DNA of 64,000 nt from Takakia lepidozioides (taxonomy: Eukaryota; Plantae; Bryophyta). The translations under genes and the position numbers were made by a program. The notes below the pieces were generated by a model. That model was not told the DNA's origin. It was given only the letters and a program-made list of their open reading frames with translations, and made no database searches. This document shows positions 62,075 to 64,000 of the stretch, piece by piece (position 1 is the first letter of the stretch; the number at the start of each line of letters is the position of its first letter). The stretch spans positions 61,256,001 to 61,320,000 of the forward strand of contig CM060733.1 in the NCBI GenBank assembly GCA_030704615.1, read 5' to 3'.

Positions 62075-63750
62075 CTACAATGCCCCTCTACGCGATCCCT
62101 GTCTCAAAGGAACCCTATTTCTATCATACACATCCCACTCACACTGTAATCGGAGGTCCCAATCATCCCGGGAGAACTCGTATGATGCAAATAGTTCGCT
62201 GCCAGCCCTAATAGTCCTACTAGCACATGTCATCACAAACATGTGCATCCCCTCATAGTATACTGGCGTATGACCACAAAAGCTCTCATGCCCATCGCTT
62301 CGCTCGTGCCATACTACATTGGTTCTCTTAGGATGACCAAAAGAACTATTGACCAGCCCAACAACATTACCGAAGATGTCGGGGTCACCATCACAAAATC
62401 TGATCTCAATGGGAGACCACCCCCATCTACGTACATCCTGTCCGTTGACACACAAAATATAGGGTAGGATGTATGGGGCTTGGAGGCGTAATGTACAGAA
62501 CTTCGCGGAGGTGTAGTATGGACCGTAGTAGGGAAACAAGTCCACCATGCTGTTTCTCCGAGGAGGAACCACAATATCATTGACCGTGAATAAACCCCAA
62601 CCATAGCAGGGTCTGTAGCGGCTTTGTCAACATACCGTCTCCCCCAATACTCGAACTCCACATTTTCTCGGATGGGGGTGGGAGGGTCGAGATGATTCCC
62701 CCAACAACGAGGCTGGATGGTCCTCAGTAACATACTCCTATACGCTTCCCATCGGGGGCGAGGATCCGGCTCAGGCCTCCCAAGCCGAAGGGGAGGAAAC
62801 CTAGGGCGAAGCCGACCCCTTCTAGGGGTTCGGGGGGCACATGCACGTGGAGGTGGAGGTGGTACTGCTGGCGGAGGAGATGAAAGTGGAGGTGGTTGAG
62901 GATGTAATGTCGGAGGTAATGTCGGGGGTACAACGTCCGGATCAGGTATTACCGGAGGTGGATCAGACAAAGAAACAGACGGGGGGGGGGAGGGGGGTGG
63001 GGGGTGGGTCCCTGCTCGTCGCCGGCCATAACGCCTACGACACCTACGATACCCCTCGACCCTACGCATCTCATCTACGTGCTGCTGGGGGAACCAACTA
63101 GCCACATCGGGCACATGCTCTTGCACAAATTCTGCAAGTAGATTGGCGCGAAATGCCTCATGTGCAATGTGATTGCGAGTTTGGGTATCAAGTCGTGGCT
63201 CCAATGTGCGTAGTGAACGACGCATCAATACTTATGTCGTAATTTTGATTCATGTATGCTTACCAATCATACTATATTATTAGATAAACCTAAATGTACC
63301 TTAAATGAATGTTAATGAGAGGGGTGGGAAAAACACTCACCTTTGCCGCATCTGCAATCTTGTTATTCTTGTAATGTTTTCGACAACATGCGGTCACCGC
63401 CTCGGTGGTCTGGTGCTGCCTGGCGGTATCCGTTCCTAACACTTAGTGCACCAACACTCAATCCTGGGGGGGGGGGGGGTGGGTCAAAGATGGATGTGGT
63501 TGGACGGGGTGGCCCGCGAGGGGGCAACCCGCGGCGTGCCCGACTCGATCCCAGAGTGTCAACATCCTCCGCATCACCTGAAATTTGGCCCCGGTCCCTT
63601 CTACGATTGTGCCCGGTAGCCTGTATTGGATCAGGTGCAATGAGTGGCTCCTCGCCACGAAAAACGGTCGCTCTAGGGCCACAATCGATATGTGGTACTA
63701 CCTCCCCATCCTCGAGGGAGACGGGTCGATGTTTCCTCACCATCGCATCC
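62075..63750 (-). pseudogene. SET-domain protein with Pro-rich linker (frameshift and stops), next to the CACTA transposase
   Basis: CYGWGLFTV..FPYYG..FCDG...GNVVGLVNSS....N..ASRTIRAGSELFASY; a 1-nt G-run frameshift near 62641 links it to ORF 62314-63228; phase-consistent intron 63340-63231 to an upstream exon. Confidence 0.75.
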
Positions 63751-64000
63751 TAATTAATACACCACCAACACTTTCATTTCTCAAAAACCGTTGGCAAAAA
63801 AACCCTATGCCTCAGCCTCGAGGCTTTCAAAATTGGTAATCAAAGGCGGAGCATCCCTATGGTGCTAGAGCCCAAGACAATAAATCCTTCATCTCGTTCT
63901 ATCTTCAGGATGCCCACACCATGGAAAAATTTTGTTGAGTCCCAGCGCCTTGCGACTATCAGATTGAACCACATTTTGGGTATGTGAATCCTAATTACAC

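Overview
Eukaryotic (land-plant-type, probably non-seed-plant) genomic DNA. One intact host gene is visible: a 7-exon, 5-KH-domain RNA-binding protein gene (HEN4/RCF3-like, minus strand, 11748-16062). The rest is mostly nested transposable elements. On the left, a chromovirus 3' end is inserted in a decayed Copia, followed by several small TIR elements. From about 23.5 kb there is a stack: a Mutator-like element (Ulp1 protease plus SWIM transposase) interrupted by a 22.6-kb non-chromovirus Ty3/Gypsy (23620-46224, TSD GCGGT). That Gypsy itself contains a hAT-like element with a PPR-derived tandem array and a second Ty3/Gypsy (36583-44249, TSD ACTA). A CACTA transposase with a neighbouring SET-domain pseudogene fills the right end. 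The standout is the 36583-44249 element. Its pol reads protease - DNMT3-like cytosine methyltransferase - RT - RNaseH - DDE integrase - PHD finger. It appears to self-prime, and its termini are not two ordinary LTRs but split direct repeats (B-internal-A-gc-B-A in sense orientation). That is the product expected if a 2-LTR circle were opened at an internal GACA-GC-TGTC palindrome.
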